In this document: positions 7,880-15,677 of the stretch, piece by piece | Layout of the letters: each line of letters begins with the position of its first letter | Numbering within the stretch: the stretch's first letter is position 1 | Source: a virus | Taxonomy: Duplodnaviria > Caudoviricetes | Direction: 5' to 3' (one strand) | IMG/VR virus record: IMGVR_UViG_3300032257_000035 | Location: 1 to 42,356 of that record | DNA: 42,356 nt | Program-made: the position numbers and the translations under genes | The notes under the pieces: model-generated | Told to the model about the DNA's origin: nothing | Databases searched by the model: none | The model's input: only the letters and a program-made list of their open reading frames with translations

Positions 7880-8860
7880 ATGCTTTATAAAGCATGCTTA
7901 CCGGCGGCAGCCATATCAAATAAAGAGTTAAACGACACTGATCGACGTGTGTTATTAGGTTTATCGGTTCACGAAAAAAATGGAAAAGTGGAGGTTAGCC
8001 GCGACCAACTTAGCCATGTTACAGGGCTATTGCCGCGCAATATTTCACGTGCCACAACAAAATTACAACTACGTAATTGGATAATAAAAGCAGGCAGTAC
8101 ACACCAAGTAACCTACTTTATTAACTGGAATTGGCCAGAAAAACTTGACATGTTGGTGCCTAAATCAGGCACCAACAGCGACAAGTTAGGGATCGATTCA
8201 GGCACCAACACAAAAATGTTAGTGCCTAAATCAGGCGCCAATAGCGACAAGTTAGGGATCGATTCAGGCACCAACACAAAAATATTAGTGCCTAAATCAA
8301 GCACCAATAGCGACAAGTTAGGGATCGATTCAGGCACCAACACAAAAATGTTAGTGCCTAAATCAGGCACCAACAGCGACAAGTTAGGGATCGATTCAGG
8401 CACCAACACAAAAATGTTAGTGCCTAAATCAGGCACCAACAGCGACAAGTTAGGGATCGATTCAGGCACCAACGAACCAGAAAACAATAACTTATGGGAG
8501 CAGGGCGGCACCCATATATATATTAATAATATATATATTAATAAACAGATATATATAAATACTATTACACGTGAAAATGTTTTTAACTTCATTGCTCACT
8601 ACAAACTAAAAATTCCTAAACAACACAAATCTGGGTTTAATTCGGCGATTGAATTGTGGATAAAAGAAAATGTAAGTCACGTGGTTTTTCATGGTGCATG
8701 CAAAAGAGCCGAGAAGCACGCAACGAATAAATTTATAAATCCCAACTACATGGAAATGTTGATTAACTCAGAAAAAGAATCATTGGAGGCGCAGCAAAAT
8801 GATACCAATACAAAAGATTTTACCGAGGCAAGCAACTACGATGATGCAACAAGCTGGTGA
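7880..8860 (+). CDS. Replication initiator (lambda O-like organisation)
   Basis: N-terminal HTH, internal tandem repeats and AT-rich tract, directly followed by DnaC. Confidence 0.8.
   Translation: MLYKACLPAAAISNKELNDTDRRVLLGLSVHEKNGKVEVSRDQLSHVTGLLPRNISRATTKLQLRNWIIKAGSTHQVTYFINWNWPEKLDMLVPKSGTNSDKLGIDSGTNTKMLVPKSGANSDKLGIDSGTNTKILVPKSSTNSDKLGIDSGTNTKMLVPKSGTNSDKLGIDSGTNTKMLVPKSGTNSDKLGIDSGTNEPENNNLWEQGGTHIYINNIYINKQIYINTITRENVFNFIAHYKLKIPKQHKSGFNSAIELWIKENVSHVVFHGACKRAEKHATNKFINPNYMEMLINSEKESLEAQQNDTNTKDFTEASNYDDATSW
8150..8473 (+). repeat. Five 66-bp tandem repeats (iterons, probable origin)
   Basis: Units start at 8150, 8216, 8282, 8348 and 8414 and encode MLVPKSGTNSDKLGIDSGTNTK; AT-rich tract at about 8514-8567. 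Confidence 0.9.
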
Positions 8861-9539
8861 TAACAATATGCATGCCTTAACACCGGAGCAATTAGAGTCA
8901 TATCATAATGAAGAACGTAAAAAGCACGCATTAGAAATGAAAAAACGTAAAAGTAATTCGGTTGTTGAAATGTTTAATCATTCAGGTATACCATTGCGTC
9001 ATCAACAATGCGGCTTTAATAATTTTATTATTGACTCAGATGATAAGAAAAAAGCGTTTAACATTACGCAAGGGTATATTAATAATTTCAATGAAAACTA
9101 TAGATTGGGTCGAGGGTTATTAATGTTGGGGCCACCTGGAACAGGAAAGACTCATTTGGCTGCAGCAATTTGTAAGGATGCGATTCGACAAGATTACACT
9201 GCATTATTTACTGGCACGCTCGATGCCATCCAGATAATCAAACAATCATACGAAAAAAACTCTGGTTACTCGGAACGTGAGGCCATTAATAAATTTGTTG
9301 TTAATGATTTATTGGTGCTCGATGAAGTTGGTGTGCAGCATCAAACGGATGCCGAGCGCGTTTACTTGAGTGAAATAATAAATAAACGTTATGAACACAT
9401 GAAGCCAACAATTTTACTATCAAATTTAAATGTTGGTGAGTTAACAAAATGTGTAGGGCAACGAATTATCGATCGTATGCGACATGTAAATGAAATAGTA
9501 GTATTCAACTGGCAAAGTCATCGAGGTAATAAATTATGA
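8799..9539 (+). CDS. DnaC/IstB-like helicase loader ATPase
   Basis: Walker A GPPGTGKT, Walker B LLVLDEVG, NKRYE..KPTILLSN, RIIDRM. Start may be 8841 or 8868. Confidence 0.92.
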   Translation: MIPIQKILPRQATTMMQQAGDNNMHALTPEQLESYHNEERKKHALEMKKRKSNSVVEMFNHSGIPLRHQQCGFNNFIIDSDDKKKAFNITQGYINNFNENYRLGRGLLMLGPPGTGKTHLAAAICKDAIRQDYTALFTGTLDAIQIIKQSYEKNSGYSEREAINKFVVNDLLVLDEVGVQHQTDAERVYLSEIINKRYEHMKPTILLSNLNVGELTKCVGQRIIDRMRHVNEIVVFNWQSHRGNKL

Positions 9540-9892
9540 GTTTATCATGTAGTTGTGATTATGATTATGATCCTGAACCAGGGATGATCATTTGGTATAG
9601 CCCAAATGATTATTCATTACTAACAACAACGAAACGCAAAAGGTGTTGCAGTTGTAATGAGTTAATTGACAAAGGAAGTATTAGCACATCATTCGAGAGA
9701 TATAAGATTCCTGATAGTGAAATAGAGGAAAGCATTTATGGTGAAGGTGGGGAGATCCCTATGGCAAGCAAGTACATGTGCGAGCGTTGTTCAGATTTAT
9801 ATTTTTCAATTAATGAACTAGGTTTTTGTATCAACCTTGATGATGATATGAGAGATTTGGTAAAGGAATACAAGCGTGATTATGTTGGTTAA
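9536..9892 (+). CDS. Cys-rich hypothetical protein
   Basis: CCSC and CERC pairs; ATGA overlap with DnaC. Confidence 0.65.
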   Translation: MSLSCSCDYDYDPEPGMIIWYSPNDYSLLTTTKRKRCCSCNELIDKGSISTSFERYKIPDSEIEESIYGEGGEIPMASKYMCERCSDLYFSINELGFCINLDDDMRDLVKEYKRDYVG

Positions 9893-10288
9893 TATGAATA
9901 AATTAAAAAGGTTAAGTGCGATTATTGTTTCTTTTTCTCTTAAGTTGAAACGCAACCCTAGTTGTGTTGGTTTATCTAATCAACCTAACACTGCTCTGAG
10001 AGTTATACGCAGCAATGCAGACACCGAACTCACTACGCGCTATAGAAATAAATTCTGTCTTACGCTAAAAAAACTAAACCGTAGCGGCGGTGTTAATGGT
10101 AAGCACGGTGCTCGCAACACCGCATGGCCATTAGCTCTAATTGTTTTGTTGGGGTGGGTACTGAATGCGACCCCACCCCCCATGCAAAGCTCAGATATTT
10201 TTAGTCACTCGCGCACCCTATGTGAGCCTAAAAAATGGGGCCATGTTTTGTTATTCCCGAAAGGGGGGGCGCGGGGGGGATTTTTCGC

Positions 10289-11353
10289 GTGAACGCAAAA
10301 ATAGACGGTTTGAAAGATCAGTTCTTATCAACTAACGATAGAACGGCACGCGAATTGGCAATTGTTTGTAAATCCGCATTGCCTGGCGAGTACGTCGAAA
10401 AATTAATATTGTGGATCGCATTTTTGCGTATTAACGGCGGTTTATCTGTTAACACCGTCGGTAATTACTTGCATGGTGTTTTTAATTTTATGTTGTGGCT
10501 TGAAACTGAAAACATAAAGTTACTTGATGTTAAATCATCCAATATTGTGAAGTGGATGCAATATTGTTTTATCACAAAAAAAGATTGCACAAAAACACGC
10601 GGGTTAAATTTAATATCAGTTCGGCGTTTTTATACGTGGGTTGAACTTGAGGGGGGTGTTATCAATCCCGTGCGCGCCGTACAGGGGCCAAAAAAAGAAA
10701 AGAGAGTACCGCGAAAATATTCCAGTGATCAGCTTAAACGTCTTTTCGCTGCGCCTAACATTAAAAAAATAATTGGCATTCGTGATTTTGCAATTTTATT
10801 ATTTTTATATTCCACTGGCGCTCGTCGCAGTGAGGTGGCTACGTTAGATTTATCGCAAATTGAATTAGAGCAGCGTGTTGGTACTGTGCGTTTTAACGGT
10901 AAAGGTAGTAAAGAGAGGGTGCTTTCATTTGAAGGTCCGGCGGTTGTAGCTTTACGTGATTGGCTTTATGTTCGTGATACATTAAACGTTATAGACGACC
11001 AAGCGGTATTTTTGGGTGTGAATGGTCGCAACAAAAACCGGCGTATCGGGTTTAGTGGTTTATCGGGTGTTTTAAAGCGTGCCGCAAAAACCGCTGGCAT
11101 ACGTGGCGTGAATGATGGCGACCTTGGCTTACATAAAATGCGCTCTACTTATGCAACTGCACTTTACGATCAAGGTGTTGATATTGAAACAATCCGTTTA
11201 TTGATGGGGCACGATGATATTAATACGACGCGTGAATATTTAGCGATCACTGAAAGGCAAATTAAAACCCGCATGCCAACATCACATTTAAATACTTTAT
11301 TGGGTCAACAAAAGGAGCTGCCGCGTTATGTCACAAACAAAATCAACTATTGA
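10289..11353 (+). CDS. Tyrosine recombinase 3 (XerC/D-like)
   Basis: RDFAILLFLYSTGARRSEV, GKGSKER, HKMRSTYAT, LMGH..TTREY. GTG 10289 follows GGGGGGA (ORF track starts at 10235). Confidence 0.92.
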   Translation: MNAKIDGLKDQFLSTNDRTARELAIVCKSALPGEYVEKLILWIAFLRINGGLSVNTVGNYLHGVFNFMLWLETENIKLLDVKSSNIVKWMQYCFITKKDCTKTRGLNLISVRRFYTWVELEGGVINPVRAVQGPKKEKRVPRKYSSDQLKRLFAAPNIKKIIGIRDFAILLFLYSTGARRSEVATLDLSQIELEQRVGTVRFNGKGSKERVLSFEGPAVVALRDWLYVRDTLNVIDDQAVFLGVNGRNKNRRIGFSGLSGVLKRAAKTAGIRGVNDGDLGLHKMRSTYATALYDQGVDIETIRLLMGHDDINTTREYLAITERQIKTRMPTSHLNTLLGQQKELPRYVTNKINY

Positions 11354-11837
11354 GTTAGGTCAAATACTTTCAGAGTTCGATCCAGAATACAATCAACTGG
11401 TTGAGCTTGGTCATGAAATCGGGGTTGAAAAGTTAAATACTGTTTTAGATATATTTGGCGGCGAAAAGCCGCATATACCAATGGCTAAAAACTTTTGGGC
11501 TGGCTTGGGACGAAGGGTACGCGATAATCAAATAAAAATGGATTTCAAAGGAAATAACCATAAAGATTTAGCTGCAGAGCACGGATTAAAAGAACGCCAA
11601 ATTCGAAACATTTTAGAAAGTAAAAATAAAACGTATAAACGCCCAGCATATATTTTACAAAGCTGCAAGATACAGCCAGATGATCACGATATTATCACCG
11701 CCTTAACGAATGAGTTTTGCGGCGCTGCTATGCATGATATTTTACATGAAGTTATTAAAGAAGCATTAAAAGATTCTGATTTAATAAAAATACTCAATAG
11801 AAAATATGGAACGCAAGCCACACTACAATTAGCTTAA
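11328..11837 (+). CDS. Mor/C-family transcription activator with an extra C-terminal RHH-like domain
   Basis: FGGEKPHIP..RDNQIKMDFKGNNHKDLAAEHGLKERQIRNIL is the Mor signature. Confidence 0.85.
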   Translation: MSQTKSTIELGQILSEFDPEYNQLVELGHEIGVEKLNTVLDIFGGEKPHIPMAKNFWAGLGRRVRDNQIKMDFKGNNHKDLAAEHGLKERQIRNILESKNKTYKRPAYILQSCKIQPDDHDIITALTNEFCGAAMHDILHEVIKEALKDSDLIKILNRKYGTQATLQLA

Positions 11838-12020
11838 TAAATTTTTAATCCATTTAGGTAATTGTTTAATGAGTTGGCTTTTAAGCTCTAATACCGCGGC
11901 ATTTAATTTAATGCTCGCATGGCCAAGCGAGCCATGAAGATCGCTTTCTATTTCTTTATCTGTTATAGATTCCGGTAAATCATAATATAATCTAAGTTTA
12001 TTAATAATTTCTTTTTCCAT
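11829..12020 (-). CDS. Hypothetical protein
   Basis: AAGGGGG RBS; third gene of the radC cassette. Confidence 0.55.
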   Translation of the reverse strand: MEKEIINKLRLYYDLPESITDKEIESDLHGSLGHASIKLNAAVLELKSQLIKQLPKWIKNLLS

Positions 12021-12045
12021 GTTACCCCCTTACGCGCAAGATAGA

Positions 12046-12384
12046 TTATTCAGCAACTTGATCCAGCATGTCTATAGTAATATTTTTTTCTATTCCACAA
12101 AATATTACCAATAACCTCCATGCGGCATAGGGTATGGCAATATGATTGCTTGTTTCGGGTGGGGCCGTCCACTTTCTTACGTTTCGCGGATTAACGCCAA
12201 CTAGGTTTGCAATCTGTTTGCCGGTTAACTTTTCTTTGCCAATATGTTGGCCAGCTAATGCTATTACGGCTCGCACTTCTTCAAAGGTTGGTTGCTCCCA
12301 GCCTTCATTATATGGCAACAGCGTTGCCGCACGGATATTGTTTAAATCTTTTCTGGTTACGTTGTACTTTGCTTGTTCTGACAT
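12046..12384 (-). CDS. KorC-like transcriptional repressor
   Basis: WEQPTFEEVR..LTG..IA.LVGV..RNVRKW..IPYAAWRLL resembles IncP KorC; GGAG RBS. Confidence 0.75.
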   Translation of the reverse strand: MSEQAKYNVTRKDLNNIRAATLLPYNEGWEQPTFEEVRAVIALAGQHIGKEKLTGKQIANLVGVNPRNVRKWTAPPETSNHIAIPYAAWRLLVIFCGIEKNITIDMLDQVAE

Positions 12385-12404
12385 TTTTAGATCTCCATAT
12401 AGGT

Positions 12405-12431
12405 AAAAAAAAGGGGTTGCTACAGCAACCC
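12405..12431 (-). terminator. Intrinsic terminator between radC and the korC-like gene
   Basis: GGGTTGC-TACA-GCAACCC with an A8 run on its left (U8 on the minus strand). Confidence 0.6.
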
Positions 12432-12866
12432 GTTTTCACTAAAACTAAATGCAGTGTGGCCAACAATAATATGATCAAGAACTTGAATATCAACCAATTC
12501 CAATGCTTTTTGTAATCGAATCGTAATAGCTTTATCAGCATTACTTGGCGATGAAATTCCGCTAGGATGATTGTGCGCTATTATTATTGCTTTAGCATTT
12601 ACCTTTAACGCCTCTTTTACCACTTCACGTGGGTAAACACTTGCGCCATCTAAGGTGCCACGAAATAACTCTTTAAATCTAACCACACCATTGCGCGTGT
12701 TTAGAAACATTATATAAAAAACTTCATAATCCAAATTGGCAATTTTTAATGTTAGGTAATCTTGCGCATGTTGTGGGCTAGTAATAAAGTCGCTTGCATT
12801 TGATAGGCGGCTTTTAAGTATTGTAAGCGCTTGATTGATAATTTTATTTTCTTCTGTTTTAGTCAT
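12420..12866 (-). CDS. radC: RadC-like JAB/MPN domain protein
   Basis: EVFYIMFLN, GTLDGASVYPREVVKEAL, AHNHPSG..PS.AD, VLDHIIVG. Confidence 0.93.
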   Translation of the reverse strand: MTKTEENKIINQALTILKSRLSNASDFITSPQHAQDYLTLKIANLDYEVFYIMFLNTRNGVVRFKELFRGTLDGASVYPREVVKEALKVNAKAIIIAHNHPSGISSPSNADKAITIRLQKALELVDIQVLDHIIVGHTAFSFSENGLL

Positions 12867-12918
12867 GGTTTCACTTCCAGTTATTGTCCTTGCGTATTTG
12901 CCGGACTTCTTAAAACAT

Positions 12919-12947
12919 ATAATAGGCCAATTAGTCCTATTTGTAAA
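12919..12947 (-). promoter_or_regulatory. Sigma-70 promoter of the radC cassette containing a KorC-like operator
   Basis: TTTACA-17 nt-TATTAT; palindrome TAGGACTAATTGGCCTA at 12923-12939. Confidence 0.7.
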
Positions 12948-13003
12948 GCGTTAAATGTAAAAAAATCGATAATATTTCAATATAAATACATAGATGTACG
13001 GTT

Positions 13004-13044
13004 GCATTGTATCGGACGATTAAAAGCGCATGTTTACTGATAGT
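13004..13044 (+). promoter_or_regulatory. Late promoter motif 1 (terminase operon)
   Basis: GCATTGTATCGGACGAT + 18 nt + GATAGT; motif recurs at 23137 and 37314. Confidence 0.7.
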
Positions 13045-13053
13045 TACAGCAAT

Positions 13054-13842
13054 ATGCCTTTAAAGCCAACCAAAAATCGCAAGCCATTAAGTGACGCTCA
13101 AATTGAGCAACGCCGTAATGCAGCTAAGCAAAAGCGCACCATGACACCGGCGGCGATTGAGCAACGGCAAAATGCTGCTCAACTTTCTACTGGACCTAAG
13201 ACTGAGGACGGCAAGGCGGCGTCTTCACGAAATAATTGGAAGCATGGCGCGCATTCGATGGTTGCTAAAAGCCAACTATGGAAAACGCACGGTTTAAATT
13301 TGTTGGCCAAGCCATGCAAATCAACGTGCGATAAATTTCCATGTAGCCTGGTTGAAGATGGCGCCACGGAACCGGGTCAAGATTGTTTAGATAAGCAAGT
13401 TTTTGTACAAGCCTTTGATGCGTTGCTTGGCACGTTGCAAACCGGTGATACAGAATATGTACACGGCATGATGGCCAGCGAAATTGCGAACACCATCGAG
13501 TTGTTGGCAACGATGCGTAAAAGTATTTCTGATAATGGTGTTGTGGTTATTAAACCGTATATTACCAAGGACGGCACACCAATTCGCGATCCAAGCGATG
13601 CAAATAAATTATTAGGTGACTTAATCCCTAACCCATTATTGACGCATGTACAAAAATACATGGATACGTTAGGTATTAACTTGCCTGAGCTTATGGCAAC
13701 ACCGCGCGCCGTTTCTAACCTAAAGAAAGATGATGATGATAAAAATGAAATTAAAGATTTATTTACTTCTATTGGCGGCGCACTTAAAAGTGGCTTAGAA
13801 AATAAAACCAGTAAAACTTTTGAGCATGAGGCCACGAATTAA
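13054..13842 (+). CDS. Terminase small subunit
   Basis: STGPKTEDGKAASSRNNWKHG motif; directly upstream of and coupled to TerL (ORF track starts at 13030). Confidence 0.7.
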   Translation: MPLKPTKNRKPLSDAQIEQRRNAAKQKRTMTPAAIEQRQNAAQLSTGPKTEDGKAASSRNNWKHGAHSMVAKSQLWKTHGLNLLAKPCKSTCDKFPCSLVEDGATEPGQDCLDKQVFVQAFDALLGTLQTGDTEYVHGMMASEIANTIELLATMRKSISDNGVVVIKPYITKDGTPIRDPSDANKLLGDLIPNPLLTHVQKYMDTLGINLPELMATPRAVSNLKKDDDDKNEIKDLFTSIGGALKSGLENKTSKTFEHEATN

Positions 13843-15677
13843 TGGCACGCGCAAATAATACCGTACTTGATGGGTTGATGGTTGATGAGCAACCCTTTAT
13901 GGATTGGCTAGGTAAGAATAATTTTTATTTGGAGCCGCTAAGCCGTGGTGAGTATGAATATTCAGTTGAGCAATTGCAACTGCGTTATATCTGTGAAGAT
14001 CCTGTTTTATGGTGTAAAGCCTTTATGAAAGAGCCGGACACCGGCGAGCCTTATAGTTTTTGGGATTATCAGGAGAAAAGCGCACGAAGCTGGCAGCAAG
14101 ACGTAATACATCAAGATGCTGCCGAGGTTGGTAAAACGCGTGAGATTACCGCAATAACATTATGGGGTATGTGTACTGGCTTTGGTTACACCATTAAAAA
14201 CCCAAGTATTTTAATTGCAGCCCCACAGCAAACCCACCTTGATGAAATTATCATGGATATTGAAAAGCATGTAGGCGAAGGCGACGCGCAAGAAAAAGTT
14301 AAGCCTGTTATTAATCAGTTTTGGTTAAAGCCTAAGCGTCATCCGCATACCATGTTTAAATTTAAAAGCCCAACTTGCACACCGGGGCAAGTTGGGCTTG
14401 TGTACTTTAGGCCGGCTGGCCATGATGGCGAGGCATTTCGCGGCGTCCATGTAAACGCTATGGGGTTTTTCGATGAAGCGGCAAAAATAAAAAATAAAGT
14501 TTGTTGGTCTGAGTTTTTTCGGGCGCTTAAGCCTGGCTCAAACACACGTATTTATTCTGTGCCCGATGGTGATAATACAACTAATTATTATTCGATGACA
14601 AAAGACGCTGTAAAAGATTTGCCTATTAATCAGGAGGGCCGCCGACTTTTTCATTGGCCCAAACCATTGATGCCCGCCCCTTTTTGGGATGATAAACGTA
14701 AACGTAAATTTATTCGTGATTTTAACGGAAAAAATACCGGCGGCTATCAACGTAATGTTTTAGGTTTACACGGACAGCAAGAAAACCCCGTATGGCCGTG
14801 GGAATTAATTAATGCCAACGTGCAGCACGTACCCGAATATCGATGTATAAAAGTGCGCATTGATAAGGCCACCGACACGGCCAATATTGAAGCGTATCGA
14901 GTGAGCGAGCCACGTATTGATAAAAGCGCCCATACGGAGTTTTTAGCAGATCGGGAGGATGATTTAGTTGATTTAGGCAATCGAGATAACGCAACTCGAC
15001 AAGAGGCGATTTTAAATTTATTACGTGAATTCATCGAGCCAATTGATAACGCGGTTTTATGGGGTGGCGCAGATTTAGGTTTTTCAAAAGATCCAACCGA
15101 AATCACGGTGTGGCGAGAAGTTGGCCACGAAATGCGCCGCATATTACGCATTCAATTGATGGGCGTAGATTATCCGACCCAATGTGATTTTATCTATTGC
15201 ATTGATAAGTTATTTAATTTTAACGCTCAATGGGGTGTGGATTTTGGTAATGCCGGTACAACCGTTGTACAAATTTTACAAGATGATGAACGTTATGATG
15301 AAGGTAATTACAGTGAGCGCCTAACTGGTTTTTTATTTGGTAGCGCACTTGATGCTATTGATGAAAGTGGCGCAGCGCTAGAACAAGAAAACGACAAAGG
15401 TGATTTTAAATCTATTAGAATGCCAGCGAAAGAACTCGCGACAAACTTAATTACGATGCGAATGCAAAATAATGCATTCGTTACGCCTGCCGATAGCGAT
15501 ATTTTAAATCATTATCAAAACCACACCGCAAAAGAGGGTGCGCGTAATCGTATTTTTTCAAAGAAAGATGATCATACTATAGATGCAGACCGAGTGATGA
15601 TGTTAAGAAAAGCATTTAATGATTTTTCTAGTGTGGACACTTTTAGCTCAGGTGTTTATGTGCGAGGGGTTGCATAA
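13842..15677 (+). CDS. Terminase large subunit
   Basis: Walker A AEVGKT, Walker B FFDEAA, nuclease motifs GADLG and DDHTIDA. Confidence 0.9.
   Translation: MARANNTVLDGLMVDEQPFMDWLGKNNFYLEPLSRGEYEYSVEQLQLRYICEDPVLWCKAFMKEPDTGEPYSFWDYQEKSARSWQQDVIHQDAAEVGKTREITAITLWGMCTGFGYTIKNPSILIAAPQQTHLDEIIMDIEKHVGEGDAQEKVKPVINQFWLKPKRHPHTMFKFKSPTCTPGQVGLVYFRPAGHDGEAFRGVHVNAMGFFDEAAKIKNKVCWSEFFRALKPGSNTRIYSVPDGDNTTNYYSMTKDAVKDLPINQEGRRLFHWPKPLMPAPFWDDKRKRKFIRDFNGKNTGGYQRNVLGLHGQQENPVWPWELINANVQHVPEYRCIKVRIDKATDTANIEAYRVSEPRIDKSAHTEFLADREDDLVDLGNRDNATRQEAILNLLREFIEPIDNAVLWGGADLGFSKDPTEITVWREVGHEMRRILRIQLMGVDYPTQCDFIYCIDKLFNFNAQWGVDFGNAGTTVVQILQDDERYDEGNYSERLTGFLFGSALDAIDESGAALEQENDKGDFKSIRMPAKELATNLITMRMQNNAFVTPADSDILNHYQNHTAKEGARNRIFSKKDDHTIDADRVMMLRKAFNDFSSVDTFSSGVYVRGVA

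Noticed and set aside
7462-7890. Plus-strand 142-aa ORF
   Set aside because: Overlaps recombinase 2 and the AT-rich dif-like region; the composition looks non-coding.
8150-8473. CRISPR array
   Set aside because: Units are near-identical with no unique spacers, lie in frame within the initiator gene, and no cas genes are present.
8113-8592. Minus-strand 159-aa repeat ORF
   Set aside because: Antisense shadow of the in-frame palindromic repeats.
8799-9539. IS21 IstB or MuB transposition ATPase
   Set aside because: No partner transposase; its position after the initiator indicates a DnaC-type loader.
9876-10292. 138-aa ORF
   Set aside because: No clear RBS or motif, and it runs through G/C homopolymer runs; treated as probably non-coding, although not excluded.
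772-11353. RIT (recombinase-in-trio) element
   Set aside because: The three genes are dispersed, on different strands and have no visible terminal inverted repeats.
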